Shown: positions 8,917 through 18,343 of the stretch, piece by piece
Layout of the letters: the number at the start of each line of letters is the position of its first letter
Position numbering within the stretch: the first letter of the stretch is position 1
NCBI GenBank assembly: GCA_963742415.1
Contig: CAVULX010000004.1
Coordinates: forward strand, 1,088,001-1,152,000
DNA: 64,000 nucleotides
Direction: 5' to 3'
Origin: an uncultured Parachlamydiaceae bacterium
Lineage (GTDB): Bacteria > Chlamydiota > Chlamydiia > Chlamydiales > Parachlamydiaceae
The notes under the pieces: generated by a model
Databases searched by the model: none
Seen by the model: only the letters and a program-made list of their open reading frames with translations
What the model was told of the DNA's origin: nothing
Translations under genes and position numbers: made by a program

Positions 8917-9969
8917 ATGTCGACACCTATCGATAAAAATAGTTTTATTAATTCCGGCGCTCTAATGAGTGTTTCCCCGCAAGAAATCCTCATCGGATGG
9001 GGCAAATCATGTTGGACGGAAACTCCCGTGCCTCCTCCGCAAATTTCGTTTTATTTTCCCGACTACTTTCTCCATAAATCAACCCCTTGGTTGACTCATG
9101 AATACCAAATTATTTTATCTGCCCAGCAAGTCTGCTCTCTTTTTGATGTCGATCATAAAAAAAGGCCTCCTTATCATTGGACAATCTACTCTCAGGCCCT
9201 ATTCATGCAAGAGATGACCAAGCTGGAAAAGCTCTTTGCTTCTAAATCTCTTCTCAAAGCTGTTCCCTATGTGATGGAAAAAACTCAGCAAACCATGAAG
9301 CCTCAACAATTGAAAACCAGCCTAGCCAAAGCTAGCCGCTACGTTTTGTCACATCAAGCTTTCATCTATGGTTTTTGGAACTCAAAAGAGGGTCTTTTCG
9401 GGGTAACCCCCGAAATTTTGTTCACTTTAGATAAGCATCAGGAAAACTGGATCATCAAAACGACAGCCTTAGCAGGCACATCAAAAGATAAAAGCTCCCT
9501 TTTTACCGAAAAAAACCTCAATGAACACGCTTTTGTTGTCGATGGGATTTCATCTTCTTTAGCTCCCTTTGGCAAAGTCAAAAAAGGCTCATTACAAGCT
9601 CTTGAGCTGCCCCTTTTAAACCATCTGATGACTCCGCTCGAACTCATTCTCCCCTCCCCCCTTTCTTTCCAAGATCTAGTCAGAGCCCTTCATCCCACAC
9701 CGGCTCTTGGGGCTTATCCCCGCAGGGAAGGATTCTCATGGCTAAGCCAGTACGAAAAACAGATCCCTAGGAAACGTTATGGAGCTCCCGCTGGAATAAT
9801 AAAAAATGATTCTGCAAAATGCTTTGTCGGCATCCGAAATGTGCAATGGGATGAAACCGGAATGCAAATCGGAGCCGGCTGCGGGGTTATCGCTGAAAGC
9901 AATGCCAAAGATGAATGGAACGAAATTTTAATGAAACTACAAGCTATTAAGGAAGTTCTAGCCCTATGA
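8917..9969 (+). CDS. menF: Isochorismate synthase
   Basis: GVTPEIL, ALAGT, NEHAFVV, LHPTPALG, FVGIRN and GAGCGVIAESN chorismate-binding motifs; first gene of the men cluster. Confidence 0.88.
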   Translation: MSTPIDKNSFINSGALMSVSPQEILIGWGKSCWTETPVPPPQISFYFPDYFLHKSTPWLTHEYQIILSAQQVCSLFDVDHKKRPPYHWTIYSQALFMQEMTKLEKLFASKSLLKAVPYVMEKTQQTMKPQQLKTSLAKASRYVLSHQAFIYGFWNSKEGLFGVTPEILFTLDKHQENWIIKTTALAGTSKDKSSLFTEKNLNEHAFVVDGISSSLAPFGKVKKGSLQALELPLLNHLMTPLELILPSPLSFQDLVRALHPTPALGAYPRREGFSWLSQYEKQIPRKRYGAPAGIIKNDSAKCFVGIRNVQWDETGMQIGAGCGVIAESNAKDEWNEILMKLQAIKEVLAL

Positions 9970-11552
9970 AACAAACCCTCTCAGAACCTACCGTCACCAC
10001 TGTCTTACAAGAAATTGTCCGCTGCGGCGTCAAAGATTTCTGCATCTGTCCAGGAGGCCGAAATGCTCCTTTCGTCGCTGCTTTAAAATTAGAACCGCAA
10101 CTGGCCTGCTACTATTTCTATGATGAGCGCTCGGCTGCCTTCTTTGCTTTAGGCCGATCCCAGGCGCTCAACCGCCCTGTAGCAATTATCACCACATCGG
10201 GAACAGCCCCAGCTCATCTTCTCGCAGCCGTCATGGAAGCCTATTATACAGGAACCCCTCTCGTTGCGATCAGCGCCGATCGCCCTCGCCGCTTTCAAAA
10301 CAGCAATGCTCCACAAACTTGCGAGCAAAACCATCTTTATGGGGTCTATACAAAAATCTTCCTCGATATAGCTCAAGAAGAACCGTGCGACCTAACAGGG
10401 TGGGACCGTTGTTCTCCGGTGCATATCAATATCTGCCTAGAAGAACCTTCCCCTGCTCTCTTCCCTCAAACTTCTGAGCTAGAAATAACTGAAAGCCCAT
10501 ACACCCCAAGCCTCCAAGATCCGGAACCCTATCACAAAGAACTTGACCTTTTCCTTTCCAATGTCAAACATCCCCTTGTGGTTGTTGGAAAACTCCAACC
10601 ACGCTATCGGGAAGCTACTGCCCAATTCCTTCTTCAACTTCAGGCTCCCGTTTACCTTGAAGCCATCTCAGGGCTAAGGGAAGATAGCCGCCTTCAACCT
10701 TTGGCAATCACACGTTCAAGCAGGCTATGGGACGATTCCAATAACGGCGGCTACCCCATCGACGGGATCTTGCGGATTGGCGGTGTGCCCACTTTCAGAT
10801 TGTGGCGCGACTTAGAGTACAAACAAAGTCAAATTAAGGTTTTTTCCGTTAACGATAGGCCCTTCTCCGGCTTGAGCTGGGGCCCTATAGTCCATTATCC
10901 CATGGACGTTTTTTTCGAAAGCTACGAAGTTTGCCAAAGATTCATTTCCCCAGCTTTAGAAAAATGGCTTTCAAACGAAAAAATTTACCAGCAAAATTTA
11001 CTTTCTCTTCTTGCCGAGGAGCCCCATGCAGAGCCTAGCCTCATCCATGCCCTGTCTGCCAAAATTCCGAAAGGCTCAATTGTCTATTTAGGCAATAGCC
11101 TGCCTATCCGCGAATGGGATTTGGCTGCCACGCTAGAAAACCGCCATTTTAACATGCATGCCACCCGAGGACTCAATGGGATCGATGGGCAATCATCGGT
11201 ATTTTTGGGATATAGTTCTCCTCAACAGGAAAATTGGGCCCTTTTAGGTGATTTGACAGCTTTGCATGATCTGGCAGCCCCCTGGATTTTACCCCAGCTC
11301 CCCTCTACAGTTGTCAATTTGACCATCGTCAACAACGGAGGGGGAAAATTATTTGAAAGGATGTTCCCCCAAAAAGAAATTCAAAATTGCCACACTACTC
11401 GGTTTCCTTCTGTGGCCTCCCTTTGGAATTTATCTTACGAGGAATGGAACGAAATCCCCTCAAACATTTCTTGCAATAAAAACCGTTTAATTGAAATCAT
11501 CCCCGACAACCAAGCTTCTCAACGTTTTTGGGACAAATTGGAGAAACTATGA
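9966..11552 (+). CDS. menD: SEPHCHC synthase
   Basis: PGGRNAP, DERSAAFFALG, TTSGTA, GNSLPIR, RGLNGIDG, GDLTALHD and NNGGG motifs. Confidence 0.95.
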   Translation: MKQTLSEPTVTTVLQEIVRCGVKDFCICPGGRNAPFVAALKLEPQLACYYFYDERSAAFFALGRSQALNRPVAIITTSGTAPAHLLAAVMEAYYTGTPLVAISADRPRRFQNSNAPQTCEQNHLYGVYTKIFLDIAQEEPCDLTGWDRCSPVHINICLEEPSPALFPQTSELEITESPYTPSLQDPEPYHKELDLFLSNVKHPLVVVGKLQPRYREATAQFLLQLQAPVYLEAISGLREDSRLQPLAITRSSRLWDDSNNGGYPIDGILRIGGVPTFRLWRDLEYKQSQIKVFSVNDRPFSGLSWGPIVHYPMDVFFESYEVCQRFISPALEKWLSNEKIYQQNLLSLLAEEPHAEPSLIHALSAKIPKGSIVYLGNSLPIREWDLAATLENRHFNMHATRGLNGIDGQSSVFLGYSSPQQENWALLGDLTALHDLAAPWILPQLPSTVVNLTIVNNGGGKLFERMFPQKEIQNCHTTRFPSVASLWNLSYEEWNEIPSNISCNKNRLIEIIPDNQASQRFWDKLEKL

Positions 11553-12292
11553 AGAAAGAGGTGAACATTTACGCGATTCCAGGTTTTTTGGGGCGCCCTT
11601 CCGACTGGAACTTCTTGCATCCCTCTCCGCACGTCATCGATTTATTTGGGGAGACACTGCCCCTGAGATCCCCTTGGGAATGGGCTCACCGATTCAATCA
11701 CGACTATGTGCAACATCGCAATACACTGAATATTCTTGTAGGATATTCTTTGGGAGGTCGATTAGCTTTGCATATTTTGCTCGACGATCCTACACAATGG
11801 GATGGGGCTGTCATTGTCTCTGCCCACCCCGGGTTGTCTTCCCCTGAAGAGAGAGAGCAAAGAAAAGCGAAAGATGCGGATTGGGCCCACCGTTTTGCTG
11901 TTGAACCTTGGCATCATCTCATGGAGGCATGGAATCAGCAAGACGTTCTGAAAGGCTCTCAAGCCATCCCGCGTAAAGAAGCCGACTACTCCCGAAAACG
12001 GCTAGCTTCATCTCTAACAATGTGGTCGCTAGGCAAACAGGACGATCTTCGCAAATCACTTCAAAAACTCAACTTGCCTATCTTGTGGCTAGCCGGAGAA
12101 AATGACCCGACCTACTCCGCCCTTGCTAAATCCCTCACGCTCAGACACCCCCTTTCCTCCATTAAAATCATTCCCCAAGCCTCCCATCGGCTGCCTTGGG
12201 ATCAACCTAATCTCTTTCAAGGTCTTTTAAACAATTTCACCAACACTTTACAGGAGAATGCCCATGCACACCCAAAACACAGTCTGGCATGA
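11549..12292 (+). CDS. menH: SHCHC synthase (alpha/beta hydrolase)
   Basis: [18 protein letters not shown] and catalytic His (ASHR); ATGA overlap with the menD stop. Confidence 0.88.
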   Translation: MKKEVNIYAIPGFLGRPSDWNFLHPSPHVIDLFGETLPLRSPWEWAHRFNHDYVQHRNTLNILVGYSLGGRLALHILLDDPTQWDGAVIVSAHPGLSSPEEREQRKAKDADWAHRFAVEPWHHLMEAWNQQDVLKGSQAIPRKEADYSRKRLASSLTMWSLGKQDDLRKSLQKLNLPILWLAGENDPTYSALAKSLTLRHPLSSIKIIPQASHRLPWDQPNLFQGLLNNFTNTLQENAHAHPKHSLA

Positions 12293-13094
12293 AATAAAAA
12301 AATATCAAGATATCAAATACCACAAGACAGAAGATGGGGTCGCTAAAATCACCATCAACCGTCCCGAAGTCCACAATGCTTTTCGTCCCGAGACTGTGTT
12401 GGAGATGCAAGATGCTTTCCATCACGCCCGCCACGATGGGTCCATCGGGGTCGCCATCTTAACCGGCGCGGGCGGCAAAGCCTTTTGCTCCGGTGGAGAC
12501 CAGCGGGTACGGGGCGACATGGGATATAACGACTCGCAAGGAAATCCTGGCTTGCATGTCTTGGACCTGCAAAAACAGATTAGGCAGCTCCCCAAACCTG
12601 TTGTGGCTATGGTTGCAGGCTATGCCATCGGCGGCGGACATGTCTTGCATGTGGTCTGCGATTTAACAATTGCCGCCACAAACGCCCGCTTTGGGCAGGT
12701 CGGTCCCAAAATGGGCTCCTTTGACGGCGGACTTGGAAGCAGCTACCTCGCCCGGATCGTAGGGCAAAAAAAAGCACGGGAAATCTGGTTCCTCTGCCGG
12801 CAATATTCAGCTCAAGAAGCTTTAGATATGGGGCTTGTCAACTGCATCGTTCCCTTGGACAAGCTCGAAGAGGAAACCTTAAAATGGTGCCGCGAGATGC
12901 TGCAACATTCCCCCATGGCTCTCAGGTGCCTTAAGGCTTGCCTCAACGCCGACTGCGACGGGCAGGTAGGTCTTTTAGATTTAGCAGGAAATGCTACCTT
13001 GCTCTATTATATGACTGAAGAGGCTAAAGAAGGAAAAACCGCGCTGCTAGAAAAGCGGAAACCTAACTTTGGACGCTTTCCAAGATTATCTTAA
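12258..13094 (+). CDS. menB: 1,4-dihydroxy-2-naphthoyl-CoA synthase
   Basis: [25 protein letters not shown] and [13 protein letters not shown] motifs. Confidence 0.97.
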   Translation: MPMHTQNTVWHEIKKYQDIKYHKTEDGVAKITINRPEVHNAFRPETVLEMQDAFHHARHDGSIGVAILTGAGGKAFCSGGDQRVRGDMGYNDSQGNPGLHVLDLQKQIRQLPKPVVAMVAGYAIGGGHVLHVVCDLTIAATNARFGQVGPKMGSFDGGLGSSYLARIVGQKKAREIWFLCRQYSAQEALDMGLVNCIVPLDKLEEETLKWCREMLQHSPMALRCLKACLNADCDGQVGLLDLAGNATLLYYMTEEAKEGKTALLEKRKPNFGRFPRLS

Positions 13095-13115
13095 AAAAAA
13101 TTAATTTTCCTAGAG

Positions 13116-14231
13116 ATGACACACATTGACTGGGAGTCCTCCCAAACAGATGTTTTAATCAATCCCCGCTTTCCCAAAATAGAAAGAGAGGAGATTTTGA
13201 CTTTGTTCAAACAAAGTCCCGCTCTTCCAGGCCATTTGTGGCTCTCCACCTCAGGTTCTTCAGGTCAGATTAAATGGGTCGCGTTGTCTAAAAAGGCCCT
13301 TTTATTATCCGCCCATGCTGTCAACAAGAGGCTCAAAAGCACAGCTGCAGATATATGGGTCAACCCGCTCCCTTTGTTCCATGTCGGAGGTCTCGGAATT
13401 TTTGCCAGAGCTTATTTGAGTGGGGCCAAAATGGTCGACTTTTATACCGCTTCATCGGGAAAATGGGATCCTCTTTTATATTGCCAAACTTTGAATGACT
13501 CACATGCTTCCTGGAGCTCCTTAGTGCCGACGCAGGTGTATGATCTGGTCGTACGGAACTTAACATCCCCCCATTCGATCAAAGGGATCATTGTTGGAGG
13601 GGGAAAACTGAACGAATTGCTTTATCAAGCCGCCAAAAATCTAGGATGGAAGCTGTTGCCTAGTTATGGAATGACCGAGTGTTCCTCGCAAATAGCAACA
13701 GCTGATCTTGAGTTTGAGGGTAAAAAAATCCCCCCTTTAAAAATTTTGGAGCATGTTGAAGCGGCAATCTCTGCCGAAGGCAAAATCAAAATAAAAAGTC
13801 CCTCCTTGCTGTCTTTGTACGCCATGAAAGAGGAAAATGTCTTTGCCTTTCGCGACCCTAAAGTTGATGGGTGGCTGACAACCGAAGATCAAGGGGAAAT
13901 CGAACGTGATATATTGCACATTTTTGGCCGCGGCAATAGTTTCATTAAAATCGGGGGGGAAAGCAGCAATTTAAATAAATTGGCAGAAATTTGGGAAGCG
14001 GTTTGTTTGAAGCACTGCTTCAAAGGTGATTCCGTTTTAATAGCGGAAGAAGATGAAAGATTGGGTCACGCCATCTACTTGCTCGTCTTGAAAGACAATC
14101 AGAAAGATACAGTCCTGAAGCCTATCTTAGAGGAGTACAATCGATCTGTAATGCCTTTTGAAAAAATACGACTCGTCCGCTTCGTCGAAAAAATTCCACG
14201 TTCTCCATTGGGAAAGCCTCTGAAAAGTTGA
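13116..14231 (+). CDS. menE: O-succinylbenzoate-CoA ligase
   Basis: TSGSSG, PLFHVGG, SLVPTQ, SYGMTE and PRSPLGK AMP-binding motifs; lies in the men operon. Confidence 0.88.
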   Translation: MTHIDWESSQTDVLINPRFPKIEREEILTLFKQSPALPGHLWLSTSGSSGQIKWVALSKKALLLSAHAVNKRLKSTAADIWVNPLPLFHVGGLGIFARAYLSGAKMVDFYTASSGKWDPLLYCQTLNDSHASWSSLVPTQVYDLVVRNLTSPHSIKGIIVGGGKLNELLYQAAKNLGWKLLPSYGMTECSSQIATADLEFEGKKIPPLKILEHVEAAISAEGKIKIKSPSLLSLYAMKEENVFAFRDPKVDGWLTTEDQGEIERDILHIFGRGNSFIKIGGESSNLNKLAEIWEAVCLKHCFKGDSVLIAEEDERLGHAIYLLVLKDNQKDTVLKPILEEYNRSVMPFEKIRLVRFVEKIPRSPLGKPLKS

Positions 14232-14276
14232 ATCTTTTTCCCATTTTTTATATGTTTGTTTTTCAAATTTAATATT

Positions 14277-15776
14277 ATGGAATGCTTTATGGATGGTTTA
14301 AATTCTATTGAAACATTCACGAATGAATTTGGAGCTTGGGGTGAATGTGAAAATGATACAGCACTTTGGAAACTTCACCAAAGGATCATGCATACTTTAA
14401 ACCTAAAAACTCTATTTAGTACTACTTCTATTAACATATTTCTTTCGAATTTATCTAAAGAAAATACAAAGGAGAACAAAGCCATAATTTGGAAACAAAT
14501 CGAGACGGAAATTGATAAATGTCCCTCTGTCCTCGCTTTTAAGGGGCCAAATGAGCCTAAGATGGAAATAGTTTCCGACACTAAAATTGACAACAGACTC
14601 TCTTTTTGGAAAGAGTTGAGAAAATTTAAATTTTATAAAAACCATTTTGATGCAATTGAAAATGTCGCGGCTATTTTTAAGGGTTACAATCAACTAATCC
14701 AAGAATTTTCAGAAAAACCGTTGAATCATTCTCATCCTCTGCAAGATCTCCATGATCGTTGCCGCCGCATGGAAACTATTGCTAAAGAAAAGCAGGCATT
14801 CAAACTCGCACTCATTTCCCATCAATGCGTCTTCAAAAAAACCTACACCACTTCTGAAAGAATCATTTTTGCCATGACTTATTGGGCTCTTTCTTTTTTT
14901 AATTCTTCTTACAAACCTGCTGTTATCCCTAAGCTACAGGTCGACATCGACTCGTTTGTCGATAAAAAATCTGTTAAACTTTCTGAAATGGAAGCAGGGG
15001 GTCATCAAGTCGAAGTTCGCGCCAAATTAAATTCTATAAACAAAAAAACCCCATCTTCAGCTGTCACAATCCAACTAGTCGATAAAAACAATGGCAATGA
15101 CTTTATGCAGGGCTGCTTTACTATCCAGCGTGTCTGGGATGAACAAGATAGAAAGAAACGGATTAGTAATTGGGATGAGGATTGTGATAAAAAAATAGGT
15201 GAATTATCAAATTGTCGATTAAGAGTAAAAAATGTTTCTAACTTTTTAATTTCTACAGATGAATCTAAAAATCAAATGGTTATTCGCCTTCTAACTCAAA
15301 TTGCTGTTGAAATTTTCCAATGCGAGGATGAAGAACGATTAGAAATAAAATCAGTTTGCGAGCATGGCTTTGTATATGCTTCTGCAGGTTTTTACTCCTC
15401 TTTTGACAAAGATAACAAAATACTTGATGAAATAAAAAAAGCTAGAAAAGGATCCGCTCCACAATTGTATCCAGACCACATAAATTTATCTAATTACTGT
15501 GTATATCTCGATAAAGCAGAATTGTGTTCACCTCAGCATAAAACCAAAACCCAGTTTTCAAAGAGGGTTAAAATTGTCGAATCTGAACAGCAACATCCAG
15601 CTCTCGTCGACTTTAAACTTGATGAAAAGCCCATCACATGGGAAGAACAGATCAGCCAAAATAGGATTTTAAATGATAGTCAATATAGCCCCGGGGAGCC
15701 TATCTTGCCTGCACCCATCGTCTATTCAAATCTTGTTTCTAAAAATGGTAATGGTAGTTATATTGACATGTATTGA
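14277..15776 (+). CDS. Hypothetical AT-rich protein with a possible C-terminal GNAT-like domain
   Basis: ~500-aa ORF; IRLLTQIAVEIF...RLEIKS...FVYASAGF resembles GNAT motif A/B spacing; start uncertain. Confidence 0.55.
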   Translation: MECFMDGLNSIETFTNEFGAWGECENDTALWKLHQRIMHTLNLKTLFSTTSINIFLSNLSKENTKENKAIIWKQIETEIDKCPSVLAFKGPNEPKMEIVSDTKIDNRLSFWKELRKFKFYKNHFDAIENVAAIFKGYNQLIQEFSEKPLNHSHPLQDLHDRCRRMETIAKEKQAFKLALISHQCVFKKTYTTSERIIFAMTYWALSFFNSSYKPAVIPKLQVDIDSFVDKKSVKLSEMEAGGHQVEVRAKLNSINKKTPSSAVTIQLVDKNNGNDFMQGCFTIQRVWDEQDRKKRISNWDEDCDKKIGELSNCRLRVKNVSNFLISTDESKNQMVIRLLTQIAVEIFQCEDEERLEIKSVCEHGFVYASAGFYSSFDKDNKILDEIKKARKGSAPQLYPDHINLSNYCVYLDKAELCSPQHKTKTQFSKRVKIVESEQQHPALVDFKLDEKPITWEEQISQNRILNDSQYSPGEPILPAPIVYSNLVSKNGNGSYIDMY

Positions 15777-15832
15777 AAATTAAAATATAATAATTAACCA
15801 AATCTTTTATCAATCGTTAATTTTGAGGAATT

Positions 15833-16954
15833 ATGGAAAAATTAAAATGTCTTTTCTTCGCTTTTATCCTTTGCTTCCCTGAGATATTCTTCGCTTCTGA
15901 AAGTGCTCCTTATACTTTAATCGACATGGGAACATTAGAAACAGACGGAAGCATCGCAAAATCCCTTAACAATGATGGGAATGTGGCAGGGAAATTTTTT
16001 ATTAATAAACAAGCCTCCGATTTCATCTGGAATAAGAAAACAGGATTGCAAGTCATAGCTGAAAACAGCAATAAAAATATGCTTCCGCAGATCAACGACA
16101 GTGGCCAGGTTGCTTGTATTGCCTACGATCCTAATGCTTCCTTCTGGTCAACTTGTACCGATTGCGTTTTCTTATATGATCCTAAAGATGGACTAAAAAA
16201 GCTGGGCGAACCAAATAATTTCATCAATCGTTTTTCAACCTGGAACCGACGAGATGATATTAACATTGTTGGGATGGACAATCGGGGATTGATTCTTTTT
16301 GCAAACAATAAAGATATGTTCAAATCAACGAAATTTGCCATATGGAGCAATAAAGATTTGATTTCATTGACCAACCGTGAGTTTATTACCTTATATCATA
16401 CCGCTTTGGGTCGAAATATGCAGGAGGACGCCTATTTTGTCGCGTTCAATAACAATTTGGATTTTTTAGTCACCAAACATGATACGTTCATCTTACCTTG
16501 TTTAAGAACAAATCTTTTGCAAGTTCTTAATTTACAGACAAAAAAAGATTTCCTGCTTCCTGAAGGAAAATCCTATTTCGGTGTAGGAATTAATGATAAG
16601 CAACAAGTCATTGGAAGGCACAAGAAAAAGAAAGAGGGTGCTTTTTGGCCTTCCAAAACAGAATTGGTAATATTAGATCACTTTATTCCGGTAGCCCTGA
16701 ATAATCATGGGGATATTGTAGGAAAGATAATAGATCCTCAAAATAAGAATAAGCATACAGTTTCCCTTCGAAAAGCAGATGGAACCGTGATCGATTTAAA
16801 CAGCGCAATCAATTCCGATGCTGTTACCAATTTTGAAAGCCTTGTGGATGTAACGGGAATCAATGATGAAGGCCAAATCATCGTCATAGCCAAAGTTTCC
16901 GGCAAAGAGCATGTCCTCTTCTTGGACCCTGTAGCAAGCCAAAATCAACAATAA
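15833..16954 (+). CDS. Secreted HAF-type extracellular repeat (beta-propeller-like) protein
   Basis: Signal peptide, YTLIDMGTL, and repeated (I/L)N(N/D)xGxVxG units. Confidence 0.75.
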   Translation: MEKLKCLFFAFILCFPEIFFASESAPYTLIDMGTLETDGSIAKSLNNDGNVAGKFFINKQASDFIWNKKTGLQVIAENSNKNMLPQINDSGQVACIAYDPNASFWSTCTDCVFLYDPKDGLKKLGEPNNFINRFSTWNRRDDINIVGMDNRGLILFANNKDMFKSTKFAIWSNKDLISLTNREFITLYHTALGRNMQEDAYFVAFNNNLDFLVTKHDTFILPCLRTNLLQVLNLQTKKDFLLPEGKSYFGVGINDKQQVIGRHKKKKEGAFWPSKTELVILDHFIPVALNNHGDIVGKIIDPQNKNKHTVSLRKADGTVIDLNSAINSDAVTNFESLVDVTGINDEGQIIVIAKVSGKEHVLFLDPVASQNQQ

Positions 16955-16979
16955 CAGGATAAATTTTAAATTAATATTT

Positions 16980-17596
16980 ACCATATAGGCAGTGAGATCG
17001 CTGAGTTAGGAACAGGATAGGCAGGATCGTAAACGGCAGGATAAACAGGATGTTAATAGGTCGATGCTGAATTAACCAGGATTTCCGCTTAACATCTGCC
17101 TATAGAGGCATTTTAAACCTAAAAAAATTTGCAAGGAAGTGACTCTTTCACTATCAAAAGCTTGCAAATTTTAACCGGAAACCTGTACTCCGTAATTATG
17201 TCGTCCTTACAGGACTCCCTTTTTTTTGCATTTTACCCAGGCCTTCGCTTCGCTACGACCTGGGCTATAACATTTCGGCCTTTCAGGCCGTTTTCAGCGC
17301 CGAAGGCGCGGAATATCATAGCCCAGGTCGTAGCGAAGCGAAGGCCTGGGCTATAACATTTCGGCCTTTCAGGCCGTTTTCAGCGCCGAAGGCGCGGAAT
17401 ATCATAGCCCAGGTCGTAGCGAAGCGAAGGCCTGGGTAAAATGCAAAAAAAAGGGAGTCCTGTAAGGACGACATAAAATTCTTTTTTTGTAGATATAGAT
17501 GTTAAATCAGCATCGACTAATAACATCCTTTTTATCCTGTCGTTTACGATCCTGCCTATCCTATTCCTAACTCAGTGATCTCACTGGCTCTGTGGT
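16980..17596. mobile_element. Nested palindromic composite C[B[E[D+A]]] between convergent genes
   Basis: C arms 16980-17005/17571-17596, B arms 17006-17056/17521-17570, E arms 17057-17104/17490-17518, D 17101-17190, A 17196-17476; non-autonomous and mobility is inferred only. Confidence 0.75.
17196..17476. repeat. Family A copy 2 with an internal 86-bp tandem duplication
   Basis: Perfect 73-bp arms 17196-17268/17404-17476; unit 17259-17344 is repeated at 17345-17430. Confidence 0.97.
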
Positions 17597-17619
17597 TAGT
17601 AAAAAAATCTAAAAATGAG

Positions 17620-18201
17620 TCATACCAAATCGCAAGCCTCTTCCGGCATCCAATGGTTGTCTTTTCCTTCCCATTTAACATTACAACCAATAGGATTCGT
17701 CAATGGGGTTCTAACGGGTTTTCCCGCCAGATGATCCTGTAGGGCATTTTCCAAGTCATTAACCTTCATTTTAGTTGTATCGCGGGGACTATCCACTCCA
17801 CGCCCTGTGTAGATCAACTTACGATCTTCGTCAAAAACATAAAAATGGGGGGTTCTCAAAGCTCCAAATCGCTTGGCTACTTCTTGGGTTTCATCGTGGA
17901 GATAGAGCCAAGGGAAATGGTGCCGTTTCATCCTCTCTTTCATGTGTTTAAAAGAGTCCTCCGGAACGGTTGTTTCACTATTGGAATTGATTCCTACAAA
18001 AACCACCCCTTTATCTTTAAACTTTTCCACAGTCTTTCGGGTCACTTCGTCCGAACCTATTACATAAGGGCAATGGTTGCAGGTAAAAAAAATCACGAGA
18101 ACAGGCGCCTGGGCAAAATCTTTTAATGCATACGTTTTTCCGTCCGTTGCCGGTAAAGAAAAATTGGGTGCTTTAGACCCCAATGAAAGAGTAAATGGCA
18201 T
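17620..18201 (-). CDS. Thioredoxin-fold AhpC/TSA family protein
   Basis: [24 protein letters not shown] and PIGCNVKW motifs. Confidence 0.9.
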   Translation of the reverse strand: MPFTLSLGSKAPNFSLPATDGKTYALKDFAQAPVLVIFFTCNHCPYVIGSDEVTRKTVEKFKDKGVVFVGINSNSETTVPEDSFKHMKERMKRHHFPWLYLHDETQEVAKRFGALRTPHFYVFDEDRKLIYTGRGVDSPRDTTKMKVNDLENALQDHLAGKPVRTPLTNPIGCNVKWEGKDNHWMPEEACDLV

Positions 18202-18343
18202 ATTTTTCTCCTTATTAACCTATTAAAATCATTCCCGTTTTTACTCTAAATTCTAATTTAGTTCAAAAAAATCCTTGTAAAGCCAAAGTTCAGATTATAA
18301 AGAATTATTGAAAATATTCATCCCCTATTTTAACATCCCCACC

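Noticed and set aside
17129..17356. Short ORFs overlapping family A elements (also 42161-42442, 42562-42801, 51148-51381)
   Set aside because: They are translations of the palindromic repeat; similar peptides appear on both strands and in several copies, with no coding signals
17259..17430. Possible CRISPR array
   Set aside because: The units are identical with no unique spacers, only two units exist, and no cas genes are present
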